From Patescibacteria group bacterium (GTDB taxonomy: Bacteria > Patescibacteriota > JACPGU01): DNA of 64,000 nucleotides. Under the pieces are notes generated by a model. It was not told where the DNA came from and ran no database searches. It saw only the letters and a list, made by a program, of their open reading frames with translations. Both the position numbers and the translations under genes were made by a program. Positions 30,788 to 40,708 of the stretch are shown piece by piece. The DNA lies in assembly GCA_041675145.1 (NCBI GenBank), contig JBAYUK010000002.1, positions 280,530 to 344,529 of the forward strand, in the 5' to 3' direction. The number at the start of each line of letters is the position of its first letter. Positions within the stretch are counted from its first letter, which is position 1.

Positions 30788-30796
30788 GGTATAATA
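30788..30796 (+). promoter_or_regulatory. Extended -10 promoter (TGGTATAAT) of the Type I R-M operon.
   Basis: It lies in an AT-rich 210-nt intergenic region, 28 nt upstream of the hsdM ATG. Confidence 0.5.
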
Positions 30797-30823
30797 AGCG
30801 TTATAACATCTCATGGATAGTAA

Positions 30824-32374
30824 ATGTTAAAGGTAAAAAAAGAGCAAAAATCTGAACCACTTGAGAAACAGCTTTTTAAAGCGGCGGATAAGCTTCGTAA
30901 GAATATTGATGCAGCAGAGTACAAGAATATTGTGCTTGGTTTGATTTTTTTGAAATATATCTCTGATTCGTTTGAAGAGAAATACAGACAGCTGACACTA
31001 GAAAAAGAACAGGGAACTGGAGCCGATCCAGAAAGTATCGACGAATATCGAGCTGAGAATGTGTTCTTTGTACCAACCGAGGCACGTTGGCAGTATCTCC
31101 ATGGTCGCTCAAAGCTCCCATCTATTGGTGAAGATCTTGATAAGGCCATGGAATCAATCGAGAAAATCAACCCAACGCTCAAAGGTATCTTGCCAAAGGT
31201 ATTTGCTCGCCCAAATCTGGACAAAGCAGCGCTTGGCGGACTGATTGACCTCGTGAGCGATATCGCGCTCGGTGACGAGGAAGCCAAATCAAAAGATATT
31301 CTTGGTCGAGTCTATGAATATTTTCTTGGTGAGTTTGCCAATGCCGAAGGAAAAAAGGGAGGGCAGTTTTATACCCCAAAATCGATCGTGAAGCTGATGG
31401 TTGAAATGATTGAACCATACAAGGGCCGCATCTATGACCCGTGTTGTGGTAGTGGCGGCATGTTTATTATGTCGGAAAAATTTGTGCAGTCTCATGCAGG
31501 CCGTATTGATGACCTTGCTATCTATGGGCAGGAGAGTAATCAAACGACCTATCGTCTCGCTCGAATGAACCTAGCGATTCGCGGCATTGATGGATCGGGT
31601 GTGAAATGGAACACCGAAGGATCGTTTCTCAAGGACGAGCACAAAGATCTCAAAGCAGATTTTATTCTCGCCAACCCACCGTTTAACGTTTCCGATTGGA
31701 GCGGGGAGTTGCTACAAACTGATCCACGTTGGCAATATGGCAAACCACCAGCAGGCAATGCGAACTTTGCTTGGTTACAACATATGGTCTATCATCTCTC
31801 GCCAAATGGTATTATGGCCTGCGTGTTGGCCAATGGTTCTCTTTCATCACAATCGAGCGGGGAAGGAGAAATCAGAAAGGCACTTGTCGACGCTGATCTA
31901 GTAGATTGTATCGTCGTGCTGCCAAAGCAACTTTTTTATAACACAGGTATCCCGGCGTGTATCTGGTTTCTGTCTCGCAAACGAATTGGTAACGGTGACC
32001 GTAAGCGTACAGGTGAGATACTATTTATCGACGCGTCCGACACTGGCTATATGGCAGACCGCACTCATCGTGAGTTCACCGACGAAGATGTCACCATGAT
32101 TGCCGACACCTATCATGAATGGCGCAAAGTTGGCGGTAAATACGAAGACCAAAAGGGTTTCTCAAAATCCGCAACACTCGCTGATATCAAAAAACACAAC
32201 TATGTCCTCATCCCTGGTAGCTATGTCGGCATCAAAGCCGCCGAGGACGACGGAATATCGTTTGAAGAAAAGATGAAAAAGTTGACAGGAGAGCTGAAGG
32301 AACAGATAAAAGAGGAAGAGAGGTTAAATGAGGAGATTAAGAAGCAGCTGAATAAAATTGGAATTAAATTATAG
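30824..32374 (+). CDS. hsdM: Type I restriction-modification system methyltransferase subunit HsdM (N6-adenine).
   Basis: HsdM N-terminal domain, SAM motif ([10 protein letters not shown]), catalytic NPPF (ANPPFN), and a C-terminal coiled coil. Confidence 0.9.
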   Translation: MLKVKKEQKSEPLEKQLFKAADKLRKNIDAAEYKNIVLGLIFLKYISDSFEEKYRQLTLEKEQGTGADPESIDEYRAENVFFVPTEARWQYLHGRSKLPSIGEDLDKAMESIEKINPTLKGILPKVFARPNLDKAALGGLIDLVSDIALGDEEAKSKDILGRVYEYFLGEFANAEGKKGGQFYTPKSIVKLMVEMIEPYKGRIYDPCCGSGGMFIMSEKFVQSHAGRIDDLAIYGQESNQTTYRLARMNLAIRGIDGSGVKWNTEGSFLKDEHKDLKADFILANPPFNVSDWSGELLQTDPRWQYGKPPAGNANFAWLQHMVYHLSPNGIMACVLANGSLSSQSSGEGEIRKALVDADLVDCIVVLPKQLFYNTGIPACIWFLSRKRIGNGDRKRTGEILFIDASDTGYMADRTHREFTDEDVTMIADTYHEWRKVGGKYEDQKGFSKSATLADIKKHNYVLIPGSYVGIKAAEDDGISFEEKMKKLTGELKEQIKEEERLNEEIKKQLNKIGIKL

Positions 32375-32376
32375 AT

Positions 32377-33009
32377 ATGGGTTTAATCTTTACACCTCCT
32401 AAGTACCAAGCTAGTTCGTTTAATTGTCCTCACTGTAGGGCGTTTTCTCAGATGATTTGGAGTAACACCCATTATAATAGTGGAAGGTATACGGTTGATA
32501 ACCTTGAAATCTCTCACTGCTTTCACTGTAAAGACTTTTCTTTATGGCTAAATGCGAAAATGATTTACCCAGCAAAAATACTTGTAGATTCCCCAAACTC
32601 TGATTTGCCAGAAGATATAAAGAAAGACTACCTAGAAGCAGCTAGTATTTTAAGTGAGTCATCGCGTGGTTCATCTGCGTTGCTCCGTATTGCTATTGAG
32701 AAGCTGGTAAATTATCTTGGGGCATTAGGAAGTAATCTTAATGCTAAGATTGGGTTCTTGGTTTCTGATAGAAATCTTAATCCAAAGATTCAAAAATCTT
32801 TAGATGTAGTGCGGGTGATTGGAAATAATGCGGTTCATCCCGGATTGATTGATTTAACTGACGATCGCTCTACGGCAGAATTGCTTTTTAAGTTAGTAAA
32901 TATTATAGCAAAAGAAATGATAACTGAACCAAATGAAGTTGACTCAATATATAGTGAACTAGTACCAGAAAAAAATAAAATTGCGATCAAGAAGCGAGAC
33001 ACAAAATAA
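32377..33009 (+). CDS. DUF4145-like protein with an N-terminal CxxC...CxxC zinc ribbon, embedded in the R-M operon.
   Basis: Conserved block KIQKSLDVVRVIGNNAVHPG, an R..GN..H signature as in DUF4145. It starts 3 nt after the hsdM stop. Confidence 0.5.
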   Translation: MGLIFTPPKYQASSFNCPHCRAFSQMIWSNTHYNSGRYTVDNLEISHCFHCKDFSLWLNAKMIYPAKILVDSPNSDLPEDIKKDYLEAASILSESSRGSSALLRIAIEKLVNYLGALGSNLNAKIGFLVSDRNLNPKIQKSLDVVRVIGNNAVHPGLIDLTDDRSTAELLFKLVNIIAKEMITEPNEVDSIYSELVPEKNKIAIKKRDTK

Positions 33010-33013
33010 CTAT

Positions 33014-33586
33014 ATGAATAGAAAAGAAGTTATAAATAAGATTGAAGAATTCCGTCAAACTTGTAAAGAATACAGCAAGCTTCTTTTGGATTCTCGCGAT
33101 AGTGTTGTGCCTGAGATCGTTCGTAATCATGATTCAATTGATGAGGCAAAGGCAGATTTGAGCAGATCCTTTGCTTTTTTGGAAGAATATATTATTAAGT
33201 TTGGTAATAACCCTAGAATGAGTGACGGTGTTTGGAATGTCACATACTCTCCTTATAGTAACGCATTTAGCACTGATACACTTGTTCGTGTTGCCCCATC
33301 ATTAGACAGAGTTGTTGACGATCTTAATATTGTCTTGGGTAGAATCGAAGCTACTACTGACAGTGAATTCGCAGAGAAGATGAACCCTTTACCACAAAAT
33401 AGCAGTGGAGAGAGCGACAGTAAGGAAGTAACAATCAATGATATAGAAAAACCTCATAAAGAGTACTGGAATATGGTCTTCGCATCACTTATGGGCTGGG
33501 CGAGGTCACATGTTTCTACGGTGATCGCAGGTGTTATAATTACACTAATTGCTGGCTTCTTACTTTTTAAACTTGGCTGGAACTAA
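33014..33586 (+). CDS. Hypothetical protein with a C-terminal transmembrane anchor, embedded in the R-M operon.
   Basis: The start is chosen at ATG 33014, 5 nt after the upstream stop. The body is acidic and helical, and the C-terminus has a TM helix (VSTVIAGVIITLIAGFLLF). Confidence 0.45.
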   Translation: MNRKEVINKIEEFRQTCKEYSKLLLDSRDSVVPEIVRNHDSIDEAKADLSRSFAFLEEYIIKFGNNPRMSDGVWNVTYSPYSNAFSTDTLVRVAPSLDRVVDDLNIVLGRIEATTDSEFAEKMNPLPQNSSGESDSKEVTINDIEKPHKEYWNMVFASLMGWARSHVSTVIAGVIITLIAGFLLFKLGWN

Positions 33587-33587
33587 A

Positions 33588-34733
33588 ATGACGTTCACAT
33601 CTTCGAAAAATTGGAAGACAGTAGACTTGTCAGAATTGGCAGCTTTTTCGAATGGGAAAAGTTCCCCAGATAGGCTTGAGAGCGGACAGTATCCAGTTTA
33701 CGGAGCTAATGGAATTATTGGTTTTACTGATATAAAGAATTCTGATAAAGAATCAATTATTATCGGTAGAGTCGGATCGTATTGTGGAAGTCTATATTTC
33801 TCAGAAAATGAGTCATGGGTTACTGATAATGCTATTATCTGTAAAGCAAAAGATAATTCTGATCCAAAATTTATTTTTTATTTACTAAATACATTAGGCT
33901 TAAACTCTCGTGCAGCAGGATCTGGTCAACCACTAATAAACCAGTCAATTTTAGGGTCTATAGAAGTCATTATCCCACAAAAGAAGGAGGAGCAAAAAGA
34001 AGTTGCGGCGGTGTTAGGGTGTTTGGATGACAAGATTGAGCTGTTGCGGCGAGAGAATAAAACGCTCGCAAGCATCGCGCAAGCGATATTTAAAGAATGG
34101 TTTGTAGATTTCCGATTTCCTGGGCACGAAAAGGTAAAGATGATTGATGGACTGCCTGAGGAGTGGAAGGTTGGTAAGTTAGGGGAGTTTTGCAATATCT
34201 CAATTGGACGAACTCCACCACGAAAAGAAGAAGAATGGTTTTCGAAATATCCAAGTGATGTAAAATGGATTTCTATTAAAGACATGGGAACAAGCGGGGC
34301 TTATATTTTTAATACTTCAGAATATTTAACCCAAGAAGCAGTGGATAATTTTAATATTCCTGTGATTCCAGAAAATACTGTGATTATTAGTTTCAAGATG
34401 ACGCTTGGACGTGTTGCAATTACAACCGAAGAAATGCTTTCAAATGAAGCGATTGCACACCTAAAACCAAAAGATAATCTTTCGCCAGAATTTCTGTATC
34501 TAACCATGAAGAATTTTGATTTTAATTCTATGGGTAGTACTTCATCTATTGCAAGTGCTGTAAATTCACAATCGATCAAGGATATGGAAATTGTAGCTGG
34601 AGGTGATCATATAATGAAATTATTTAGCCAAATTACTAGCCCTATTTTTGAGAGATTAAAAAACGGAGCAAAAGAAATCCAAACCCTGTCCAGGTTGAGG
34701 GATGATTTGTTGAATAAGATTTTTAATGTATGA
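33588..34733 (+). CDS. hsdS: Type I R-M specificity subunit HsdS (two target-recognition domains).
   Basis: Start is at ATG 33588, 1 nt after the upstream stop. A central conserved coiled-coil region (EVAAVLGCLDDKIELLRRENKTLASIAQAIFKEWF) and a matching C-terminal repeat are present. Confidence 0.85.
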   Translation: MTFTSSKNWKTVDLSELAAFSNGKSSPDRLESGQYPVYGANGIIGFTDIKNSDKESIIIGRVGSYCGSLYFSENESWVTDNAIICKAKDNSDPKFIFYLLNTLGLNSRAAGSGQPLINQSILGSIEVIIPQKKEEQKEVAAVLGCLDDKIELLRRENKTLASIAQAIFKEWFVDFRFPGHEKVKMIDGLPEEWKVGKLGEFCNISIGRTPPRKEEEWFSKYPSDVKWISIKDMGTSGAYIFNTSEYLTQEAVDNFNIPVIPENTVIISFKMTLGRVAITTEEMLSNEAIAHLKPKDNLSPEFLYLTMKNFDFNSMGSTSSIASAVNSQSIKDMEIVAGGDHIMKLFSQITSPIFERLKNGAKEIQTLSRLRDDLLNKIFNV

Positions 34734-36232
34734 GAAATATTCTGGACTTTACGAATGTGGAGGCAAGAAGCTTTCTTCTCAAGGGAGATAGTTATGTTAA
34801 CTTTGATCTCCCAAAGTATTTTACATTCGATGATTTAATCAAAAAAATATCAAATAAGATTGATAATAAAGAGTTATCAGATTTTTATGCAACTACTAAG
34901 CCTAATCATCCAAAGACTTTTGATGAAGTTAATTATGTTTTGCTAAATAATAAAGATGGTAGGTATGCATGGAGGCCATTTGAAATAATCCATCCGACAA
35001 TATATGTCTACTTAGTTCATCGGATTACAGAGATAAATAATTGGCAAACTATATTGAATAGATTTAGATGCTTCAAAGAACATACGGTAATATCTTGCAT
35101 GAGTCTACCTATTGAATCAGAAAATAGCGACAGTGATAAGGCTAGCCAAGTTATTAATTGGTGGAATGAAGTCGAACAGCGGTCTCTTGAATGTGCCCTG
35201 GAATATGAGTATGTATATCATACTGATATTAGCGACTGCTATCCTTCGATATATACTCATTCGGTTGTCTGGGCTTTACATACAAAAGAAGTAGCTAAAA
35301 GAGAAATAAGAAACAATAGTTTATTAGGGAATATTATTGATGGATGTCTTCAATCAATGTCTTACGGTCAAACAAATGGGATACCTCAGGGTAGCGTTCT
35401 GATGGATCTTTTGGCGGAACTTGTACTTGGGTATGTAGATGAACTAGTAACAGAAAGAATGAGTCAGATTGATGTTTGTGAATATAAGATAATTAGGTAT
35501 AGAGATGATTATCGTGTCTTTGTGAATAGTCCAGAAATAGCGGAAAGAATATTAAAAATACTTACAGAGGTTCTTATTGGCCTGGGTCTAAAGTTAAATA
35601 GTAGTAAAACGGTATTATCGGTAAATGCCATAGAGTCATCCATCAAACCAGATAAGTCACATTGGATTCAGTATGGTAGTGAATTAGGGTCATTATTGGT
35701 TTTTGTCAAGCGATTACATAGCTTTTCAGGTCAATTTCCTAATTCTGGCACATTAGTTAAAATGCTCCAAAGGTTTTATAAAAAGATCGAGAACTTAGAT
35801 TCTTTAGATGACTATATTAATCCTGTAGTTATGATTAGCTATTTAGCCGATATTGCCTATAGGAATCCCAGAACTTATCCAATAGCAATAGCAGTTATTA
35901 GTAAGTTGATTCTATTTATTAAGCAAGAAGATCGCCAGGCTCTTATTGATAAAATAAGGAAGAAATTTTCTAGAATTCCCAATACAGGCCACTTAGACTT
36001 ATGGCTTCAAAGAATGACTATTAAGATTTATCCAGGTATACTATATCCAGAAAAGTTATGTAGAAGAGTCTTTGATTCAAATATTAAGATTTGGAATAGT
36101 GATTGGCTTTGTAAAGATATGCAAGATTTAATACAATCTACACCTTTAGTTGATTTCGGAGTAATCAACTCTTTTGGAGACTTTATTTCTTCACAAGAGG
36201 TAGCATTATTTAGGCAGCTACAGGACTCGTAA
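34730..36232 (+). CDS. Stand-alone reverse transcriptase (Abi/UG-like defence RT candidate), translationally coupled to hsdS.
   Basis: ATGA start/stop overlap with hsdS. RT motif 1 is RPFEIIHPTIYVY. Motif A is YHTDISDCYPSI. Motif B' is NGIPQGSVLMDLLAELVL. Motif C is IRYRDDYRVF, with YRDD at nt 35498-35509. Motif D/E is GLGLKLNSSKTVL. A ~200-aa alpha-helical C-terminal region follows. No endonuclease or maturase domain is present. Confidence 0.8.
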   Translation: MRNILDFTNVEARSFLLKGDSYVNFDLPKYFTFDDLIKKISNKIDNKELSDFYATTKPNHPKTFDEVNYVLLNNKDGRYAWRPFEIIHPTIYVYLVHRITEINNWQTILNRFRCFKEHTVISCMSLPIESENSDSDKASQVINWWNEVEQRSLECALEYEYVYHTDISDCYPSIYTHSVVWALHTKEVAKREIRNNSLLGNIIDGCLQSMSYGQTNGIPQGSVLMDLLAELVLGYVDELVTERMSQIDVCEYKIIRYRDDYRVFVNSPEIAERILKILTEVLIGLGLKLNSSKTVLSVNAIESSIKPDKSHWIQYGSELGSLLVFVKRLHSFSGQFPNSGTLVKMLQRFYKKIENLDSLDDYINPVVMISYLADIAYRNPRTYPIAIAVISKLILFIKQEDRQALIDKIRKKFSRIPNTGHLDLWLQRMTIKIYPGILYPEKLCRRVFDSNIKIWNSDWLCKDMQDLIQSTPLVDFGVINSFGDFISSQEVALFRQLQDS

Positions 36233-36235
36233 TTT

Positions 36236-39200
36236 ATGAAAATTATAAATGAATCCACAATTGAACAACTTACAATCGATCTTCTTCGCGAAGCGGGGTT
36301 TTTGTATAAAAGCTCTGAGGAATTAGAACTTCAGAGACCAGATTTATCGCAGGTTGTTTTGCGAGTATGGCTTATTGCGGCTATTAAGAGGCTCAATTCT
36401 GGTTTGCCAGTTGAGGCACATAATTTTGTAATAAATCAGATCACTAATACAGTGAGTCTAACTGACAAAGTAGTCGAGAATAATAGAGCAGTACATCGAC
36501 TGCTTGTCGAAGGTGTGCCAGTAGAGATATCGGAAGACGGGCATATGCGCGGATATAACGTGCGAGTCATCGATTGGGATGACATGTCTAAAAATGAGTT
36601 TGTAGTAACGAATCAATTTTATATAAAGGGTCTGGAGCGAGATAAGATCCCCGATATTGTATTGTTTGTAAACGGATTGCCTTTGGTGGTGATAGAGCTC
36701 AAGGATGCGAAGAACGAAGACGCGACGGTACATAAGGCGTTTACTCAACTGACGAACTATCAGAAAGCTATTCCTGATTTGTTTGCCTATAATGGTATAC
36801 TCGTTGTCTCTGATGGTCTCGATGCTCGAGCGGGTACGATCACGAGCGGTTTTGATCGTTTCCTGGCATGGAAATCAGTAGATGGAACGAAGGATGCGCA
36901 GCGGACAACACCAGAGATTGAGACTTTGGTGCTTGGCATGTTGCGACCCGAAGTATTGCTGGATCTGATCCGAAACTTTACTGTGTATGAAGAGGAAAAA
37001 AAGACGTTGGATGACGGATCTTTGGAAATTCGCACGATTAAGAAAACGGCGGCGTATCATCAATATTTTGCAGTACAAAAGGCGATTGATTCAACCATTC
37101 ACGCGACTGAGTCTGATCACAGAGCTGGTGTGGTGTGGCACACGCAGGGATCAGGGAAATCGCTTTCGATGGTCTTTTACGCTGGGAAGATTATCCAGAG
37201 ATTGGGAAATCCGACTATTGTGGTGCTGACTGATCGCAATGACCTGGATCAGCAGTTATTTGATACTTTTGCGGGAGCCAAGGATTTGTTGCGCCAAGAC
37301 CCGGTGCAGGCAGAAGACCGCGCTCATTTGAAAAAGTTACTCGCAACCAGTGGTGGCGGGGTGATATTTACTACGATTCAAAAATTCTCACTCGAAGAAG
37401 GTGAGAAGGAATACCCGATGTTGTCTGACAGATCAAATATTATCGTCATGGCCGATGAGGCGCACCGATCGCAGTATGGATTTGATGCAAAGGTGCGGGA
37501 GGTGCGTGGTGTGGATGGGATTACGAATGGGGCGATCGTTTCGTATGGATTTGCCAAATATGTCCGGGACGCATTGCCAAATGCTTCTTTCCTTGGATTT
37601 ACCGGGACGCCGATCGAAAAGGGTGATGCGAATACTAGGGCGGTCTTTGGTGACTATGTTGACGTGTATGATATTCAAGCGGCGGTAGAAGACGGTGCGA
37701 CTGTGCCGATTAGCTACGAGTCGCGACTGGTAAAGCTCGAATTTAACGATACCGAAAAAGCTGAACTCGACCGAGCAGTAGATGAAGTGCTGGAAAGTGA
37801 AGAAACAAGTGTAACGGAAAAAGCAAAGGCTAAGTGGGCGCAGCTCGAGGCCGTGGTTGGGCATAGGGCGAGACTACGCGACATTGCAAAGGACCTGGTA
37901 ACGCACTTTGAAGTCCGCCAAGAAGCATTTGATGGAAAGGCGATGATTGTCGTGATGAGCCGTCGTATCGCTGTTGAGCTCTATGATGAGATTATTAAAC
38001 TACGACCACAGTGGCATGATGATAGTAAGAAAGGTGGTGTGATTAAGGTTGTGATGACAGCTGCCTCATCTGACCCGGTGGGCTTTCAGCCTCATCATAC
38101 AACTAAGGATGATCGCAAAGAGTTGGCGCTACGATTTAAAGATACGAAAGACTCCTTGAAGCTGGTGATTGTGCGGGATATGTGGCTGACAGGTTTTGAT
38201 GTGCCGTGTTTGCATACAATGTACATTGATAAGCCGATGCGGGGTGCAAATCTGATGCAGGCGATTGCCCGCGTCAATCGGGTCTATAAAGATAAGCCAG
38301 GCGGATTGATCGTTGATTATATTAGTATTGCTTCGGACCTTAAAGAAGCATTGGCTGTCTATACGGAGAGTGGCGGAAAGGGAGGTGTGATTGCCGATCA
38401 AGCAGTAGATACACTGCCACATATGTTGGCAAAATTTGAAATAGTACAAGGGATTTTGGATGGAGTGAACTATGATAAATACTTTAAAGATGATGCAAGA
38501 GGAAAACTAGAAGCGATCTTAGAAGTAGAAGATTTCTTACTTGGAAACGAAGAACGCAAAGAACGGTTTTTGAAAGAAGTAGTGGCGCTGTCAAAGCTCT
38601 TTGCCCTGGCAATGCCAAACTTGCGAGCTATTGAGATCCGTGATGAGGTGGCATTTTTCCAAGCAGTAAAGGCGCGGATTATGAAGCTCGCGAGCGACGG
38701 CGGCGGTCGCGATATAGATATTGAGACGACTATTCGACAGTTAGTTGATAAGGCGGTCGTCTCACAAGGCATTATCGATATCTTTGATGCAGCTGGGATT
38801 AAGAAGCCAGATATTTCAATTTTGTCTGACGAGTTCCTGGAAGAAATTCGAACCATGGAGCGACAGAATATTGCACTCGAATTGCTGAAAAAAATCCTCA
38901 ACGATGAATTGCGTTCACGAGGCAAGAAAAATGCAGCGCAAATGAAGAAGTTTTCAGAGATGTTGCACAATGCGATCAAGAAATATCAGAATAATCTACT
39001 GACTGCTGCGCAGGTGATTGATGAATTGATCAAGCTGGCGAAAGACGTGAAGGAGGCCGACAAGCGGGGTGAGACACTAGGGCTGACTGAAGACGAAATT
39101 GCATTTTATGATGCTCTATCGCAAAACGAAAGTGCGGAAAAAGTGCTAGGTGACGACAAGCTCAAGGAGTTGGCACGAATTCTGGTAGGAAGGGTGCGTG

Positions 39201-39367
39201 AAAACGCCACGATCGACTGGAGTTTGCGAGAGACTTCACGAGCACGCATGCGAGTGATGGTGAGACGATTACTGAATCAATATGGCTACCCGCCAGATTT
39301 TCAAGAGATCGCCACCGAAACGGTGTTGGAGCAAGCGGAGTTGTTTGCGAAGGAAGAGATAAGATAG
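36236..39367 (+). CDS. hsdR: Type I restriction enzyme endonuclease/translocase subunit HsdR.
   Basis: PD-(D/E)xK nuclease motif ([18 protein letters not shown]), SF2 helicase motifs ([15 protein letters not shown]), and a C-terminal helical domain. It starts 3 nt after the RT stop. Confidence 0.9.
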   Translation: MKIINESTIEQLTIDLLREAGFLYKSSEELELQRPDLSQVVLRVWLIAAIKRLNSGLPVEAHNFVINQITNTVSLTDKVVENNRAVHRLLVEGVPVEISEDGHMRGYNVRVIDWDDMSKNEFVVTNQFYIKGLERDKIPDIVLFVNGLPLVVIELKDAKNEDATVHKAFTQLTNYQKAIPDLFAYNGILVVSDGLDARAGTITSGFDRFLAWKSVDGTKDAQRTTPEIETLVLGMLRPEVLLDLIRNFTVYEEEKKTLDDGSLEIRTIKKTAAYHQYFAVQKAIDSTIHATESDHRAGVVWHTQGSGKSLSMVFYAGKIIQRLGNPTIVVLTDRNDLDQQLFDTFAGAKDLLRQDPVQAEDRAHLKKLLATSGGGVIFTTIQKFSLEEGEKEYPMLSDRSNIIVMADEAHRSQYGFDAKVREVRGVDGITNGAIVSYGFAKYVRDALPNASFLGFTGTPIEKGDANTRAVFGDYVDVYDIQAAVEDGATVPISYESRLVKLEFNDTEKAELDRAVDEVLESEETSVTEKAKAKWAQLEAVVGHRARLRDIAKDLVTHFEVRQEAFDGKAMIVVMSRRIAVELYDEIIKLRPQWHDDSKKGGVIKVVMTAASSDPVGFQPHHTTKDDRKELALRFKDTKDSLKLVIVRDMWLTGFDVPCLHTMYIDKPMRGANLMQAIARVNRVYKDKPGGLIVDYISIASDLKEALAVYTESGGKGGVIADQAVDTLPHMLAKFEIVQGILDGVNYDKYFKDDARGKLEAILEVEDFLLGNEERKERFLKEVVALSKLFALAMPNLRAIEIRDEVAFFQAVKARIMKLASDGGGRDIDIETTIRQLVDKAVVSQGIIDIFDAAGIKKPDISILSDEFLEEIRTMERQNIALELLKKILNDELRSRGKKNAAQMKKFSEMLHNAIKKYQNNLLTAAQVIDELIKLAKDVKEADKRGETLGLTEDEIAFYDALSQNESAEKVLGDDKLKELARILVGRVRENATIDWSLRETSRARMRVMVRRLLNQYGYPPDFQEIATETVLEQAELFAKEEIR

Positions 39368-39415
39368 CTACTTTTAAATAGAGCCGTATGGCTATATTTT
39401 TGTTATAATACACTT

Positions 39416-39688
39416 ATGCTAGAGCAAAAAGAAATGTATGTCGATCAGTACCTAAGGGAGAACGGCAGGCTGCTTGAGGAGCGGCCCGCCACTGGTCAGG
39501 CGTTTGAGCTTAATGGAGCTTATTATTGGACCTGCTATTTGCTGACGGTAAAGATACCGCAAGGTGAGCATAAGAAGAGAATATTTCTTCATATTGGTGC
39601 ATTCTTGCCATTTGATTGGCGCCCAGTTGATGAGTACGATGTTCCTGGCTTGATAGATTTCTTAAACATGTATTACCGTAAGAGCTAG
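39416..39688 (+). CDS. Hypothetical 90-aa protein (possible antitoxin partner of the downstream zeta-like kinase).
   Basis: Its own TTGTTATAAT promoter is at 39398-39407. No recognisable motifs. Confidence 0.35.
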   Translation: MLEQKEMYVDQYLRENGRLLEERPATGQAFELNGAYYWTCYLLTVKIPQGEHKKRIFLHIGAFLPFDWRPVDEYDVPGLIDFLNMYYRKS

Positions 39689-39690
39689 CT

Positions 39691-39750
39691 ATGCCAAAAT
39701 ACTACAACTCACAACGGAAAAAAAAGAGCTGTATCAGCCTGCAGAGATAA
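39691..39750 (+). pseudogene. Degenerate duplicate of the 5' end of the Cas4-like nuclease gene (19-codon remnant MPKYYNSQRKKKSCISLQR*).
   Basis: 39691-39745 aligns with 40709-40762: ATG(C/T)CAAAATACTACA...CACAACG...CTGTAT. The reading frame is disrupted at an A8 run. Confidence 0.5.
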
Positions 39751-39768
39751 CTTCTCGACAGGCTCGAA

Positions 39769-40485
39769 GTGACCCATAACTCAACCATGACAGACGAACA
39801 AATACAAAAAAATGCGGACCAATATTTAAAAGATCACAAGGCAGATATCCTAGAGATGTTTGCGAGTCCAGAACACTATTTTCCGACTGAAACACCGGTT
39901 ACTATCTTTATGGCTGGTTCTCCTGGAGCAGGTAAGACTGAAGTCGCTAGCGCTTTGTTTGATGAGTTGAGGAGCATGAAGAGTCCTCCTGTTAGAATAG
40001 ATGCAGATATGATTAGGTCTATGCTGCCCGGGTATGTAGGCGGGAACGCTCATGTATTCCAAAAAACAGCTAGTACGGGAGTGCATATATTGTTTGACTA
40101 TGCGTTAAAGCATAACCTGAACGTTATCCTCGATGGTACTTTTTCACATAGTAGTGCATCGCAAAACATCGAAAGGTCTTTGAAGCGAGGTAGGACGGTT
40201 ATTATTTATTTTGTATACCAGGATCCTCTTATTGCCTGGCGTTTTACACAGGCGCGCGAAGCTATCGAAGGGAGACGGGTAACAAAGGAGACGTTTATCA
40301 ATGCATTTTTAAAGTCGCGGGATAATGTTCGACTAGTTAAGGAACAATTTGGCTCAGAGATTAGGCTCGACGTTATACTAAAAGACTTCACGCACGACAT
40401 CGGACAGGTATTTACTGATGTAGCTGAAATTGACCAGTTCCTCCCAAAGGCATATACTAAAGAAGAACTAGAGACTCTTATATGA
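39769..40485 (+). CDS. Zeta-toxin-like P-loop kinase (AAA/zeta_toxin family).
   Basis: Walker A MAGSPGAGKT, then RIDADMIRS, which corresponds to the zeta IDGD catalytic Asp region, then NVILDGTF. Confidence 0.55.
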   Translation: MTHNSTMTDEQIQKNADQYLKDHKADILEMFASPEHYFPTETPVTIFMAGSPGAGKTEVASALFDELRSMKSPPVRIDADMIRSMLPGYVGGNAHVFQKTASTGVHILFDYALKHNLNVILDGTFSHSSASQNIERSLKRGRTVIIYFVYQDPLIAWRFTQAREAIEGRRVTKETFINAFLKSRDNVRLVKEQFGSEIRLDVILKDFTHDIGQVFTDVAEIDQFLPKAYTKEELETLI

Positions 40486-40682
40486 TGAAAATACAAGCAA
40501 TAAAACATATAGTACAAAAGGCTAAGAAAGATACAAAGCAGGAGTTCTCTGACTTCTTTCGTAATGCACCAAAAGAAGAGCAAATAGCGCTCCTTAAACG
40601 AGTAGCTCAGAAAGCAAATAAAGAACAAAAAGCAGTAGTAGATAAATATAAAAAAACATTAGCTAGAAAAATCGCTCGTTAA
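40482..40682 (+). CDS. Small Lys-rich basic protein (66 aa), hypothetical, overlapping the zeta-like gene by ATGA.
   Basis: 4-nt overlap with the upstream gene. A terminator hairpin overlaps its stop codon. Confidence 0.4.
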   Translation: MMKIQAIKHIVQKAKKDTKQEFSDFFRNAPKEEQIALLKRVAQKANKEQKAVVDKYKKTLARKIAR

Positions 40683-40696
40683 GAGCGGTTTTTTGG
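40669..40696 (+). terminator. Small intrinsic terminator (CGCTC-GTTAA-GAGCG followed by TTTTTT) after the zeta-like cassette.
   Basis: A 5-bp GC-rich stem plus T6. It overlaps the next gene's TGGTATAAT promoter (40694-40702). Confidence 0.4.
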
Positions 40697-40708
40697 TATA
40701 ATACATTC

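Noticed and set aside
36458-39413. Multiple minus-strand ORFs (36458-36748, 37433-37864, 38129-38449, 38470-38979, 39162-39413) inside hsdR.
   Set aside because: They are antisense to a 1043-aa gene with clear helicase and nuclease motifs. They have no independent support.
39368-39415. Terminator after hsdR (AGCC-GTAT-GGCT plus T-run).
   Set aside because: With only a 4-bp stem it is too weak to call confidently. It is mentioned only as a possible weak operon end.
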